DNA of 64,000 nucleotides from an uncultured Thiotrichaceae bacterium. GTDB taxonomy: Bacteria; Pseudomonadota; Gammaproteobacteria; SZUA-229. The stretch is taken from contig CAZHEA010000007.1 in assembly GCA_964531165.1 (NCBI GenBank), positions 2,956 through 66,955 of the forward strand, written 5' to 3'. Within the stretch, counting starts at the first letter, position 1. Each line of letters begins with the position of its first letter. Below the pieces are notes generated by a model that had not been told where the DNA came from, did no database searches, and saw nothing but the letters and a program-made list of their open reading frames with translations. This document shows positions 38,946 to 48,664 of this stretch, piece by piece. The position numbers and the translations under genes are program-made.

Positions 38946-39070
38946 TTGTCCGCGAATGAACGCAAATGAACGCGAATAAAAGCAAAAGCAGATGAATTTA
39001 TATAGAGGTGTGGTGTGCATTAGGCACACAAACCAAAACTTTGCGTTTATTTGCGTTCATTCGCGGACAA
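38946..39070. repeat. Family C MITE-like element (~125 bp)
   Basis: Left arm TTGTCCGCGAATGAACGCAAATGAACGCGAAT, internal AATAAAAGCAAAAGCA and right arm TTGCGTTTATTTGCGTTCATTCGCGGACAA. It lies between ffh and rpsP. Confidence 0.65.
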
Positions 39071-39208
39071 CCTGCATCTTAAAAAAACCTAAATTAGGGC
39101 TTGCTACTATCCCTAAAAACCACTAAAATCCCGCTTTTCCCGAGACCCGAATTACTATTTCGGCTCTTTGAGTGGAACACAGATTAACTAATTTAGAGAT
39201 TGATACTA

Positions 39209-39466
39209 ATGGTAACGATTCGTTTATCACGCGGCGGCGCTAAGAAAAAACCTTTTTATCATGTAGTTGTAACAGACTCACGTATGCCACGTGACGGTCG
39301 TTACATCGAACGTGTAGGTTTCTTTAACCCTATGGCTAAAGGCGCAGAAAAGAACCTTGAAATAAGCATTGATCGTATTGATCATTGGGTTGGCCAGGGT
39401 GCAGGTACGTCTGATCGTGTTGCGCAGCTGGTTAAGCAAGCACGTAAAGCGGCTACTGCTGCCTAA
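39209..39466 (+). CDS. rpsP: 30S ribosomal protein S16
   Basis: [21 protein letters not shown]. Confidence 0.9.
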   Translation: MVTIRLSRGGAKKKPFYHVVVTDSRMPRDGRYIERVGFFNPMAKGAEKNLEISIDRIDHWVGQGAGTSDRVAQLVKQARKAATAA

Positions 39467-39477
39467 AACCTTTTTGT

Positions 39478-40026
39478 GTGGCAGGCGGGCTAATGGCTGA
39501 GCAGGCTACAACAAATGGTTTGGATGAAAATCAACTAATTTCGCTGGGTAATATATCCGGCGTTTTTGGTGTGAAGGGCTGGGTAAAAGTACATTCTTTT
39601 ACCGACCCGCGAGAAAAAATAGTTAAGTACGACAGCTGGCAGGTTAAATACCAGGGTAAGTGGCAGGAAGTTAAGCTGAGTGGCGGTAAACGCCAGGGTA
39701 AAACTGTTGTCGCTAAAATTGTCGGGCTTGATGACCGTGATGAAGCGATTCTTTATCAGGGGGCTGAAATTGCGATTTATCCGCGGCAGTTAGATACGTT
39801 GCAAGCGGATGAGTACTACTGGCACCAGCTTACAGGTCTAAAAGTCATTACTGTTGAAGGTGTTGATTTAGGTACGGTACATCACTTGCTGGAAACCGGT
39901 GCGAATGATGTACTGGTAGTGAGGGGTGATCGGGAACGCCTGATTCCATTTACTATGGGTAATGCAGTAACCGCGGTAGACCTTTCAACAGAGACGATTA
40001 CGGTTGACTGGGATCCTGAGTTTTAA
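39478..40026 (+). CDS. rimM: Ribosome maturation factor RimM
   Basis: rpsP-rimM-trmD-rplS order. PRC-barrel C-terminal region. The start may be ATG 39493. Confidence 0.8.
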   Translation: MAGGLMAEQATTNGLDENQLISLGNISGVFGVKGWVKVHSFTDPREKIVKYDSWQVKYQGKWQEVKLSGGKRQGKTVVAKIVGLDDRDEAILYQGAEIAIYPRQLDTLQADEYYWHQLTGLKVITVEGVDLGTVHHLLETGANDVLVVRGDRERLIPFTMGNAVTAVDLSTETITVDWDPEF

Positions 40027-40157
40027 AAGAGAATATGAGAATGAAATTTCTCATATTCGTCATCCCCGAATGTTTGTGTCGGTGATCCAGTGACTTAAAG
40101 GCGCTAGATTCCCGACCAATGATATAAACATGGGCATTCGGGAATAACGGAAAGAAC

Positions 40158-40901
40158 ATGAAATTTGATGTCGTAACTCTTTTCCCCGAAATGGTAGAAA
40201 GCGTTGCGAATATCGGTGTACTGGGCAGGGCGATTAAAAACGGCCAGATTCAGCTAAACAGCTGGAACCCCAGGGACTACACAACAGATAAGCATCGCAC
40301 CGTCGACGATCGCCCCTACGGAGGTGGTCCCGGCATGCTAATGAAAGTGCAACCACTGAAGTTAGCAATAGAGGATGCGAAACAGGCGGCTCCACAAAGC
40401 CGAGTGATCTACATGAGCCCGCAGGGCAAAACAGTCACTCAGCAGGATGTGATAACGCTCGCCGAGCAACCGGGCTTGATTTTAATCGCCGGTCGCTACG
40501 AAGGAATAGATGAACGCATCATCGAAACCCATGTTGACGAAGAATGGTCAATCGGGGATTACGTACTCAGCGGCGGCGAATTACCCGCGCTGGTATTGAT
40601 AGATGCGATAGCGCGGATGATTCCCGGGGTACTGGGAGATGCACAATCCGCGCAACAGGATTCGTTTATGCAGGGCTTGTTAGACTGCCCGCATTACACG
40701 CGACCGGAAGAGATTGACGGTCGCAGCGTACCCAGCGTGTTGCTTAGTGGAAACCATCGGGATATTGACCGCTGGCGATTACAGCAGAGTCTGGGGCGAA
40801 GCTGGTTAAGGCGAGCGGATTTAATCGACGCCTTAAACCTGACAGAAGAACAGAAGCAGTTGTTGGAAGCCTTTAAACAGGAACATGACAATGCTGAATA
40901 G
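40158..40901 (+). CDS. trmD: tRNA (guanine37-N1)-methyltransferase
   Basis: Conserved TrmD SPOUT motifs ([20 protein letters not shown]). Confidence 0.9.
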   Translation: MKFDVVTLFPEMVESVANIGVLGRAIKNGQIQLNSWNPRDYTTDKHRTVDDRPYGGGPGMLMKVQPLKLAIEDAKQAAPQSRVIYMSPQGKTVTQQDVITLAEQPGLILIAGRYEGIDERIIETHVDEEWSIGDYVLSGGELPALVLIDAIARMIPGVLGDAQSAQQDSFMQGLLDCPHYTRPEEIDGRSVPSVLLSGNHRDIDRWRLQQSLGRSWLRRADLIDALNLTEEQKQLLEAFKQEHDNAE

Positions 40902-40936
40902 TATTAATAAATTTACATTATTGGTGGAGTAAGACC

Positions 40937-41281
40937 ATGAGCAACATCATTGCAGAGCTTAATGCAGAGCAAATGAAATCGGATATCCCTACGTTTTCGT
41001 CTGGTGATACGGTTATCGTGCAGGTAAAAGTAAAAGAAGGTGATCGTGAGCGTTTACAGGCATTTGAAGGTGTTGTAATTGCCAAGCGTAACCGTGGTTT
41101 ACATTCTGCATTTACGGTGCGTAAAATTTCTAACGGTGAAGGCGTTGAACGTGTTTTTCAAACACACAGCCCGATGATTGGAAAAATTGAAGTTAAACGT
41201 CACGGTAAAGTCCGTCGCGCTAAACTTTATTATCTGCGCGGTCTTACTGGTAAGGCAGCTCGTATTAAAGAAAAGTTATAA
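40937..41281 (+). CDS. rplS: 50S ribosomal protein L19
   Basis: Typical L19 sequence ([27 protein letters not shown]). Confidence 0.9.
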   Translation: MSNIIAELNAEQMKSDIPTFSSGDTVIVQVKVKEGDRERLQAFEGVVIAKRNRGLHSAFTVRKISNGEGVERVFQTHSPMIGKIEVKRHGKVRRAKLYYLRGLTGKAARIKEKL

Positions 41282-41311
41282 GTCGTTTTTATATACGATT
41301 TGTAATAAAAA

Positions 41312-41338
41312 AGGGGTGCTTATGCACCCCTTTTTTTA
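41312..41338 (+). terminator. Rho-independent terminator after rplS
   Basis: AGGGGTGC-TTAT-GCACCCCT followed by TTTTTTT. Confidence 0.8.
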
Positions 41339-41356
41339 TGGCGATAATAGACTGTC

Positions 41357-41545
41357 GGCGTTAGTTTTAGCTGACGATATAATATGTGATGCGCAGCGAG
41401 CAGTGGACGGGGTATGACCGGGGTTGATTTCTAATTTCCGGGGTTAATTTCCGGGGTCGGAGTCAAATTTTATATTATAGAGTGAAGTATCCGTTCATCA
41501 TTGCGCGGTATAAAATTTGACTCTGACCCCTAACTATCGAAATAA
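41357..41545. mobile_element. MITE-like family A element, copy 1 (has the left outer TIR and the inner IR but lacks the right outer TIR)
   Basis: It starts with GGCGTTAGTTTTAGCTGACGA and contains the GATGCGCAGCGAGCAGT box. The inner inverted repeat is CCGGGGTCGGAGTCAAATTTTATA...TATAAAATTTGACTCTGACCCC. Confidence 0.6.
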
Positions 41546-41553
41546 AGTGTGCA

Positions 41554-41767
41554 GGCGTTAGCTTTAGCTGACGAGAAATCATGCATGCGCAGCGAGCAGT
41601 ATTTCTGGGTGCGGTGTCAGATTTTCGGGGTTATTTCCGGGGTCGGAGTCAAATTTTATATTATAGAGTTGAAGTATCCGTTCTTCATTGCGCGGTATAA
41701 AATTTGACTCCGACCCCGAATAATACCGACCCCTAATAATAAAAGGTCGTCAGCTAAAGCTAACGCC
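41554..41767. mobile_element. MITE-like family A element, copy 2 (complete: 21-bp perfect outer TIRs nested around the inner inverted repeat)
   Basis: Left TIR GGCGTTAGCTTTAGCTGACGA (41554-41574) and right TIR TCGTCAGCTAAAGCTAACGCC (41747-41767) are perfect reverse complements. The inner IR GGGGTCGGAGTCAAATTTTATA...TATAAAATTTGACTCCGACCCC is in tandem with copy 1 (~200-bp unit). Confidence 0.7.
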
Positions 41768-41794
41768 TACAAATTAATAATATATTGTTATCTT

Positions 41795-43642
41795 ATGAAG
41801 ATATTAAACCTGATTTTTTTTATTATTTATTTACTGATTCAGCCCCTGCATGCTGACGATAATGTCGAGAGTAAAATAAATGAACAACAGGCAAAAATTC
41901 AGGCGCAAAGAGATGCTCATTTTAAAAATATTGATGAGCTAGTTGGGCTGCGCGCACCGGAGCTTGCATTAAGTTATATCCGTCGAGAGCAACCACAATA
42001 CAATAAAGACGAGCCAACTGAATGGTTGTACTGGGAACAGAAACACATATCATTATTAAAATATATGCATCGTTGGCAGGGTGTCGTTCAGCGGGTGACT
42101 AAACAAACTGAAAACCTGAACAGTTTTAGAATCGCCACAGCAGATAGGAACTGGTTTTTAACCGCACAGTTGCAGGCTTTAATTGAACTGAAACAATATG
42201 ATGTTGTGCTGAGGAAAGTGCGACATTATTTATGGAATGCCAATGACCTGGTACGCACCGATACCTATGCAGCATGGCGGCGTATTATTATTCAGGTCTA
42301 CTTAAATCAGTCAAATATCAATGATGCACAAATAGCTATGCGCCGTTATCAGCAGGATTATGGTGAGTTGCAAAATGAAGATGGTTTAAGCTGGTTGCAG
42401 TTGCAGGCTGAATTACTCATACAGTTAAACCAGCATGTAGAGGCCGTCGCCTTATTAAAGCAAATTAAAAAGCCCGAAGCGCAGGCACTGGTTTTGCTGG
42501 CAAAAATAAATGCCAGAATGATATCACCGCTAAATGCGCTGGACAGTGCACAGTTGGTGCTGGCCAGTATAAATGAAGATGATGTGCGTAAATATCTATT
42601 TCAATATGTGGCGCTGGTATCAGCGATTGCTGCTGACGATACAGAGCAGGCAATTTTGTTATTGGAAGTTTTATTATCAGAGCAACATCGCGGGCTTTCT
42701 AATTCAGTGTTGCGAATTGGTGGAGTTAATGTCAATGCAGATACACTGTGGGAATTATATTTACAGAAAGGCAATTTAGAAGCCAATAAAAAAGGTCTGC
42801 TAAAAGGTAATGATGTTAGCTGGTATGCATTAGGTAGTAACCGGTTTCAAACTGATCCACTTACCGCTAAATCGATTTTTGCAGTGCTGTCATTAAAGGC
42901 TGCTGAAGCACAGCATCGAAAAATGGCGATGCGTCAGCTGGTTAAATTAATGGATATTAATCAGCAGCCATTAGAACTGGTGAATCATTTATTTACTGAG
43001 TCCAGTTATATCACCAGCATGTCAGAAGTGGTGCCGGAGGTTCGTTATCGTTTAATTGATTTTAATCTTGCACACTCAAATGTAAAAGCTGCCGCGGTAT
43101 TAATGGCTGATCTTAAACAGCCGCCTGAGGATCAGCCACAGTTCGACTGGAATTTGCGTCGCGCACGGGTACTGATTTTAAGTGGCTCGTTTGAGCAGGG
43201 TGCTAATGTACTGCGTAATATGCTAAGCGGTGAGGAAGTCGAAACACTGCAGGCGGATAAATATTTACAGGTGGTTTTTGATTTACAGGCGGTTGAGCAG
43301 CATCAGATAGCACTGGATTTATTTAATCAGCTACAGCTGCGGGTTGAAGATGTCAGGCTGGTGCGGGAGTTACTGTTCTGGAAGGCTGAGTCATATCATG
43401 AACTACAGCAATTTGAGCGGGCAGCATTTTTATTTTTGAAATCGGCGCGTTCACCGGAAAAGGTGTATGACCCCTGGTATCACACTGCCACCTTCCGTGC
43501 GGCTGAAAGCATGTTCGAAGCTAAATTATATGAGGATGCCAGGCAGCGTTATCTGCATCTACTGAAAATCACTCAGAATGCGGCACGACAAGCGGTGATC
43601 CGACAGCGTTTGCAGGCTATTCAGCTTAAACGGCAGATATAA
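41795..43642 (+). CDS. Secreted alpha-helical (TPR-like) repeat protein, function unknown
   Basis: Signal peptide (..LIQPLHADDN). It is a Leu/Gln/Ala-rich helical-repeat protein of 615 aa. The gene looks AT-rich by eye relative to its neighbours. Confidence 0.5.
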   Translation: MKILNLIFFIIYLLIQPLHADDNVESKINEQQAKIQAQRDAHFKNIDELVGLRAPELALSYIRREQPQYNKDEPTEWLYWEQKHISLLKYMHRWQGVVQRVTKQTENLNSFRIATADRNWFLTAQLQALIELKQYDVVLRKVRHYLWNANDLVRTDTYAAWRRIIIQVYLNQSNINDAQIAMRRYQQDYGELQNEDGLSWLQLQAELLIQLNQHVEAVALLKQIKKPEAQALVLLAKINARMISPLNALDSAQLVLASINEDDVRKYLFQYVALVSAIAADDTEQAILLLEVLLSEQHRGLSNSVLRIGGVNVNADTLWELYLQKGNLEANKKGLLKGNDVSWYALGSNRFQTDPLTAKSIFAVLSLKAAEAQHRKMAMRQLVKLMDINQQPLELVNHLFTESSYITSMSEVVPEVRYRLIDFNLAHSNVKAAAVLMADLKQPPEDQPQFDWNLRRARVLILSGSFEQGANVLRNMLSGEEVETLQADKYLQVVFDLQAVEQHQIALDLFNQLQLRVEDVRLVRELLFWKAESYHELQQFERAAFLFLKSARSPEKVYDPWYHTATFRAAESMFEAKLYEDARQRYLHLLKITQNAARQAVIRQRLQAIQLKRQI

Positions 43643-43716
43643 AACAGACAGTAGGTTCGAATTTATTCGAACAATCTCCAAAGTAATGTAGAGGGGACTG
43701 TAGCAGGGGTAATGCT

Positions 43717-43757
43717 GCGGGGTCGGGGCAGAATAAAGCATCGGGTCCGACCCCGGG
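43717..43757. repeat. Family A-related GC-rich hairpin (CGGGGTCGG ... CCGACCCCG)
   Basis: Shares the GGGGTCGG/CCGACCCC arms with family A. It lies between the TPR-like gene and htpG. Confidence 0.45.
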
Positions 43758-43939
43758 ATTTGTTCCGGGAGTTGAAATATCGAGAGTAAATCTGGAAATT
43801 TAAATAATCCCCAGCCATACCGGCGAAGGCAGGTATCCAGTGTCTGTATCTTTTAATCTTTAACCCTTGAAATCTCTCCATTACCCCCCATCTGAGAACG
43901 CAGAATTTATATTTTCACCCAATTTTGACGGAGACCCCG

Positions 43940-45859
43940 ATGAGCGTAGAAGCCTACAAAGAAACCCTTGAATTTCAGGCTGAAGTGAAGCAGTTGTTAA
44001 AACTGATGATTCACTCCCTGTATTCCAATAAAGAAATATTCCTGCGTGAGCTGGTCTCCAATGCATCAGATGCCTGTGATAAGTTGCGCTTTGAAGCGTT
44101 GGGCAGTGATGATATTTATGCGGGTGATTCTGAGTTAAAAATTCATATTGAGTTTGATAAAGACGCTAAAACACTGACTATTTCAGATAATGGCATCGGC
44201 ATGTCGCGGGAAGAAATTGTTGATAATATCGGCACCATTGCTAACTCAGGCACTAAAAAATATCTGGATTCCTTAACCGGCGATCAGATGAAAGACTCTC
44301 ACATGATTGGTCAGTTTGGTGTGGGATTCTACTCAACTTTTATTGTTGCAGATAAAGTGACGGTGAAATCACGTCGTGCCGGACAGGCTGCCGATCAGGC
44401 GGTTTTATGGGAGTCTGAAGGTGAGGGTGATTACACTCTGGAAACCATAGAAAAAGATTCACGTGGTACGGATGTTATTTTACACATCCGTGAAGGCGAA
44501 GAAGAGTTTCTGGATAGCTGGCGCTTAAAGACTATTATTCACACTTATTCTGATCATATTTCATTACCGATTACGATGCCAAAAGATCCGGAACCGGTTG
44601 ATGAAGACGCTGAGAAAGCAGATGCCGGAAAAGATGAAATTGTGGTACCAGAAAATGAGGTCGTGAATAAGGCATCCGCATTATGGGCACGCGCAAAAAG
44701 TGAAGTCAAAGAAGAAGAGTATAAAGAGTTTTACAAGCACATCGCTCATGATTTTGAAGATCCGATGACCTGGGCTCATAATAAAGTTGAAGGTAATCAA
44801 TCGTATACATCACTGTTATATATTCCGGCAAAAGCACCGTTTGATTTATATGAGCGTGAACGCAAGCAGGGTATCAAGCTTTATGTAAAACGTGTTTTCA
44901 TTATGGAAGATACCACGCATATTATGCCGCAGTACTTACGCTTTATTCGTGGTGTAGTGGATTCAGATGATCTGCCACTGAATGTGTCCCGTGAAATTTT
45001 ACAGCACAATAAAGTCATTGATAAAATTAAATCTGCATCGGTTAAAAAGGTGTTGGGTTTACTGGAAAAAATGGCTAAAAACAATACTGAGCAATATGCG
45101 ACATTCTGGAAAGCCTTCGGTAATGTGATGAAAGAAGGCCCGATTGAAGACTTTGCTAATAAAGAACGTATTGCAAAATTATTCCGGTTTGCAACAACTG
45201 AAAATGACAGTGCCGAGCAGAATGTATCATTAGAAGATTATGTCGGGCGTATGAAAGATGAGCAAAAGCAGATCTTTTACATCACCGCTGACAGTTATAT
45301 TGCGGCAAAAAACAGCCCGCATCTGGAAGTATTCAAGCGTAAAGGCATTGAGGTTTTACTGCTGTCCGATCGCATTGACGAATGGCTAGTGCAACACCTG
45401 ACTGATTTTGATGGCAAGCCATTGCAGAATATAGCCAAGGGTGATCTTGATCTGGGTAGCTTTGAAGACGAAGAAGAAAAGAAAGCCCAGAAAGAAGCAG
45501 AAGGTGATTTAAAAGGTGTAGTTGAGCTGATGAAAGACAAGCTCGAGGGTAAGGCTAAAGATGTGCGCATTACTCATCGTCTGACTGATTCACCATCATG
45601 CCTGGTGCTGGATGCCAATGATATGGGCTTACAGATGCAGCAAATTATGCGGGCAGCGGGACAGGAAGTTCCACCAAGCCAGCCGATTCTGGAAATTAAC
45701 CCGGAGCATGACCTGATTAAACAGCTAAAAGATATGGCAGATCAGCAGAAGTTTGAAAACTGGGCGCATATTCTGTTTGATCAGGCGATGCTTGCCGAGG
45801 GTGGGCAGCTTGAGGATCCTGCCGCTTATGTTAAGCGGGTTAATGATATGCTTAACTAA
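43940..45859 (+). CDS. htpG: Molecular chaperone HtpG (Hsp90)
   Basis: [34 protein letters not shown] plus the GHKL ATPase motifs. GGAG RBS 7 nt upstream of ATG 43940. Confidence 0.9.
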   Translation: MSVEAYKETLEFQAEVKQLLKLMIHSLYSNKEIFLRELVSNASDACDKLRFEALGSDDIYAGDSELKIHIEFDKDAKTLTISDNGIGMSREEIVDNIGTIANSGTKKYLDSLTGDQMKDSHMIGQFGVGFYSTFIVADKVTVKSRRAGQAADQAVLWESEGEGDYTLETIEKDSRGTDVILHIREGEEEFLDSWRLKTIIHTYSDHISLPITMPKDPEPVDEDAEKADAGKDEIVVPENEVVNKASALWARAKSEVKEEEYKEFYKHIAHDFEDPMTWAHNKVEGNQSYTSLLYIPAKAPFDLYERERKQGIKLYVKRVFIMEDTTHIMPQYLRFIRGVVDSDDLPLNVSREILQHNKVIDKIKSASVKKVLGLLEKMAKNNTEQYATFWKAFGNVMKEGPIEDFANKERIAKLFRFATTENDSAEQNVSLEDYVGRMKDEQKQIFYITADSYIAAKNSPHLEVFKRKGIEVLLLSDRIDEWLVQHLTDFDGKPLQNIAKGDLDLGSFEDEEEKKAQKEAEGDLKGVVELMKDKLEGKAKDVRITHRLTDSPSCLVLDANDMGLQMQQIMRAAGQEVPPSQPILEINPEHDLIKQLKDMADQQKFENWAHILFDQAMLAEGGQLEDPAAYVKRVNDMLN

Positions 45860-45860
45860 T

Positions 45861-45916
45861 CCCTGCATGTCAGTCTGTAAAAAGCGCCCCTGTTGATGCA
45901 GGGACGCTTTTTTTTT
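45861..45916 (+). terminator. Rho-independent terminator after htpG
   Basis: GC-rich inverted repeat (CCCTGCAT...ATGCAGGG / GCGCCCCTG..CAGGGACGC) followed by T9. Confidence 0.6.
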
Positions 45917-46076
45917 GCGCGTGATTTGAGTCGGTTAATTGATATAGTGGTTTCGGTATGCACGGTGGATTTGAAGTTGTTTCAACAGGTCTTTTGTAAT
46001 AGGTCAATGAAGTGAGATATCGATCATAAATATTATATTTTCAGCATCTATTTCAGCATGATTCAGCTACTATCAG

Positions 46077-47120
46077 GTGACTACTTTAAGATCTGTACAC
46101 ATGCGCAATAATTCACTTTTCAGTACACCATTTAAAACAGGCCTGTATGGCTTGCTGGTCTTTTGTCTGTTGCTTTCGTTTAGTGCTGGCGCAGCTAGAT
46201 TTAATGCGCAAAAACGTTACTTATATATTCAGCCCGGTCAGAGTGTTTTTAGTATTGTTAAGGTTTTATATCCGAATCAACAGGAGCAGTGGTCACAAAT
46301 AGTAAAAAAAGTGGTTAAAATTAATCCGCATGCATTTGAAAATGGAAATGCAATAAAAATCAGAGCCGGTCAACGTATTGAGTTGCCGGCTATTCGCACA
46401 AAGGCTAAACCAGCCGTAGCTTATAAACCCGTGGTGGTTAAAGCCGTTGCTGTCGGACAGGTTATTAAACGTCGTGGAAAAACCTTTACGATAGCTGAAA
46501 AAGACAAGATTAAGCGTGTGAAGAGAAATCTCGATGTCGGCAGTGAAATTTATGTTGGTGATCGGGTGTTTACTGGTGTGAATGGTTTCATTCGTTTGAA
46601 CATGGTTGATAATGCGAAAATAGATTTGCGTTGTAATAGTGAAATGTTAATTGAAGATTATCAGCTTTTACGGGGCGGCAACCGGAGTGTGATTCATTTA
46701 ATTAAAGGCAGTGTGAAGAAAATTACCGGCACTATTGGTAAAATGGCCGACGATATTTACGAGATGCACACGCCGTTAGCCACCGTTGGTGTGCGTGGCA
46801 CAGAATATGCGATTCGTGTGCTGCAGCAGCATGGTTGTGACGGTAGTCTGGATGTAAATAGTAAAGGGCTTTTTGTTAAAGTTAATCGTGGCGCCATTGA
46901 TGTGAAAACTAAAAAAGAAAAACGTGAAGTTAAGCAGGGAGAAGCGGCTCATCTCGCCGATGATAAAAGTAAAATTATCAGTATAAAAATACAGGACGGA
47001 GTGTTTGATAAGGTTCGTCCGCAAGAAAAGAAAAGTGGATTATTCGGTTCGATTTTATGGCTGATTTTATGGCTACCGGTTATTGTTTCAATGAGAAGAA
47101 TTTTCAGAAATGCAGGATGA
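46077..47120 (+). CDS. Membrane protein with LysM-like domain and FecR domain
   Basis: N-terminal TM, a LysM-like segment (YLYIQPGQSVFSIVKVLYP...IRAGQRIELP), a FecR-family core (TPLATVGVRGTEYAI) and a C-terminal TM. The start may be ATG 46101. Confidence 0.5.
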   Translation: MTTLRSVHMRNNSLFSTPFKTGLYGLLVFCLLLSFSAGAARFNAQKRYLYIQPGQSVFSIVKVLYPNQQEQWSQIVKKVVKINPHAFENGNAIKIRAGQRIELPAIRTKAKPAVAYKPVVVKAVAVGQVIKRRGKTFTIAEKDKIKRVKRNLDVGSEIYVGDRVFTGVNGFIRLNMVDNAKIDLRCNSEMLIEDYQLLRGGNRSVIHLIKGSVKKITGTIGKMADDIYEMHTPLATVGVRGTEYAIRVLQQHGCDGSLDVNSKGLFVKVNRGAIDVKTKKEKREVKQGEAAHLADDKSKIISIKIQDGVFDKVRPQEKKSGLFGSILWLILWLPVIVSMRRIFRNAG

Positions 47121-47502
47121 TGATCAGCAAAGGCTGGATAAGTGGTTGTGGGCCGCACGATTTTTTAAAACCCGACCGCTGGCTGCGCAAGCGATTAGTG
47201 GCGGCAAAGTACACTTAAATGGTGAGCGGGTTAAACCATCAAGAAATGTAAAGCCGGGTGATCAGTTGCAAATTACCCGCGGGCAGTTTGAGTTTAAATT
47301 AACCATTGTCGGCTTAAATAAAAACCGGCGTCCAGCGGTGGAGGCGCAGGCATTATATTTAGAGGATGAAACAAGTGTAGAAAAACGCAAACAGCTTGCC
47401 CAGTCACTAAAAATTCTGAATGCCAATATGCCGCATAGTGAAAAACGCCCAAGTAAAAAACAGCGGCGTCAGATTGTTAAGCTTAAGCGGGTTGAGGGAT
47501 AG
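47110..47502 (+). CDS. hslR: Ribosome-associated heat shock protein Hsp15 (S4 RNA-binding domain)
   Basis: RLDKWLWAARFFKTRPLAAQAISGGKVHLNGERVKPS S4 motif and a basic C-terminal tail. Near htpG. Confidence 0.75.
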   Translation: MQDDDQQRLDKWLWAARFFKTRPLAAQAISGGKVHLNGERVKPSRNVKPGDQLQITRGQFEFKLTIVGLNKNRRPAVEAQALYLEDETSVEKRKQLAQSLKILNANMPHSEKRPSKKQRRQIVKLKRVEG

Positions 47503-47511
47503 TCGCGAAGC

Positions 47512-47634
47512 AAATCCCCCTCAGTCCCGCTTTTACTAAGGGGGAGGCAATGCTTAAAAGTCCCTCTTTAGCAAAGAGGGGTTGGGGAGATTTGTGGGGT
47601 CGAAGTAAATCTCCCTTTTTAAAGGGAGAAGTCC
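47512..47634. repeat. Cluster of three REP-like family B elements in alternating orientation
   Basis: CAAATCCCCCTCAGTCCCGCTTTTACTAAGGGGGAGG (inverted), GTCCCTCTTTAGCAAAGAGGGGTTGGGGAGATTTG (direct) and GTAAATCTCCCTTTTTAAAGGGAGAAGTC (inverted, partial). Confidence 0.6.
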
Positions 47635-47656
47635 TGCCGATGGTTAACTAAGTTAA

Positions 47657-48547
47657 TCAGGGAATACACCAGAACTTAACATCCTGGGCTTGTAGAAACT
47701 CGACTGCACCGTCACCCTGTAACATGGCAAAGGTTGATAGCATTCCGGCTTCCAGGCAGGTGTTGGCGATTACGCTGACTGAGCGAGGTGCATCCGGTAC
47801 CGGGTAGCCGGTTTGTGGGTCAAGTATATGGCTGTATCTCACGCCATCTTTTAGCAGGTAACGCCTGGCATCTCCTGATGTGGCAAGGCCACCCTGAAAT
47901 AATGTGATGTGTCCGGCAGAATTCTCACCGGTGTGTTCCGGGTCGTCGACACCGATGACCCAGGGGGTGCCGCTTTTACGGGGTTTCGGGCAGGTAATGT
48001 CGCCACCAAAATTAACCAGAAAACTTTCGTTGGTATGTTGCTTTAAAATGTTGCCAGTTGAGTCGACTGCGTATTCTTTGCCAATACCGCCCAGATCAAT
48101 TTCCATGTCCTGCGGTAAGTGAATCGATGGTTTGTTCCAGCTGACTTTATTCCAGCCGATTAGAGGTTTTATTTTCTCAACCTGCTGCGAGTCGGGAATG
48201 TTGTTGCTGCCATCAAACTTCCAGATTTTACGTAAAACACCGGAAGTGATATCAAATTTTCCGTCACTTAAATCATAGCACTGGTTAGCAAAATCGAGCA
48301 TCAGTGCGGTTTCATCATCGACCTGTATTTCAGTTCCGTTTGAATGATTGATTTTAAAAATAATATTATCTTCGCGATAACGACTGAATTTTTTTTCAAT
48401 GCGCTTTGCTTCTTTATAAGCAAGACTGGTGATGTGATTAATGAGTACGGGGTCAGGAGACTCCAGTAATATTTCACAGGGGCAGGCCATCGCAGAGAAG
48501 CGGCCGATACTGTAGTCTTTTTTAATTTCAGTGGTTATATCAGGCAC
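47657..48547 (-). CDS. apbE: FAD:protein FMN transferase (ApbE family)
   Basis: ApbE-like core (YDLSDGKFDITSG, GGIGKEYAVD, HILDPQTGYP). GTG start. No obvious signal peptide in the called ORF. Confidence 0.7.
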   Translation of the reverse strand: MPDITTEIKKDYSIGRFSAMACPCEILLESPDPVLINHITSLAYKEAKRIEKKFSRYREDNIIFKINHSNGTEIQVDDETALMLDFANQCYDLSDGKFDITSGVLRKIWKFDGSNNIPDSQQVEKIKPLIGWNKVSWNKPSIHLPQDMEIDLGGIGKEYAVDSTGNILKQHTNESFLVNFGGDITCPKPRKSGTPWVIGVDDPEHTGENSAGHITLFQGGLATSGDARRYLLKDGVRYSHILDPQTGYPVPDAPRSVSVIANTCLEAGMLSTFAMLQGDGAVEFLQAQDVKFWCIP

Positions 48548-48664
48548 AAATTTTCATTCAGAGTATAAAAGTTAATCCGCAAACGGCTAACTATAATATC
48601 GCGAATCAGCACAAAGTAGCAATTACCTACGTGATTTGTGCTGATCGCTATATGAGCAGAATGT

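Noticed and set aside
38754-39029. 91-aa minus-strand His-rich ORF (..HHPHHFFHAAAFHFLHHLFHLHLLFHQLIHFLHLH..).
   Set aside because: It is antisense to the Met-rich M-domain codons (ATG -> CAT) of ffh and runs into the family C repeat. It is not an independent gene.
41339-41794. Direct repeats that might be mistaken for a CRISPR array.
   Set aside because: There are only two units of about 200 bp. Each is itself an inverted-repeat structure, and there are no short unique spacers and no cas genes. This is a tandem MITE-like duplication, not CRISPR.
47657-48547. Whether ApbE here is periplasmic.
   Set aside because: No signal peptide or lipobox is visible in the called ORF (GTG start). Either the true start is further upstream with a non-ATG codon or this is a cytoplasmic ApbE paralogue. 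This is left unresolved, and the link to the FMN-binding protein is therefore tentative.
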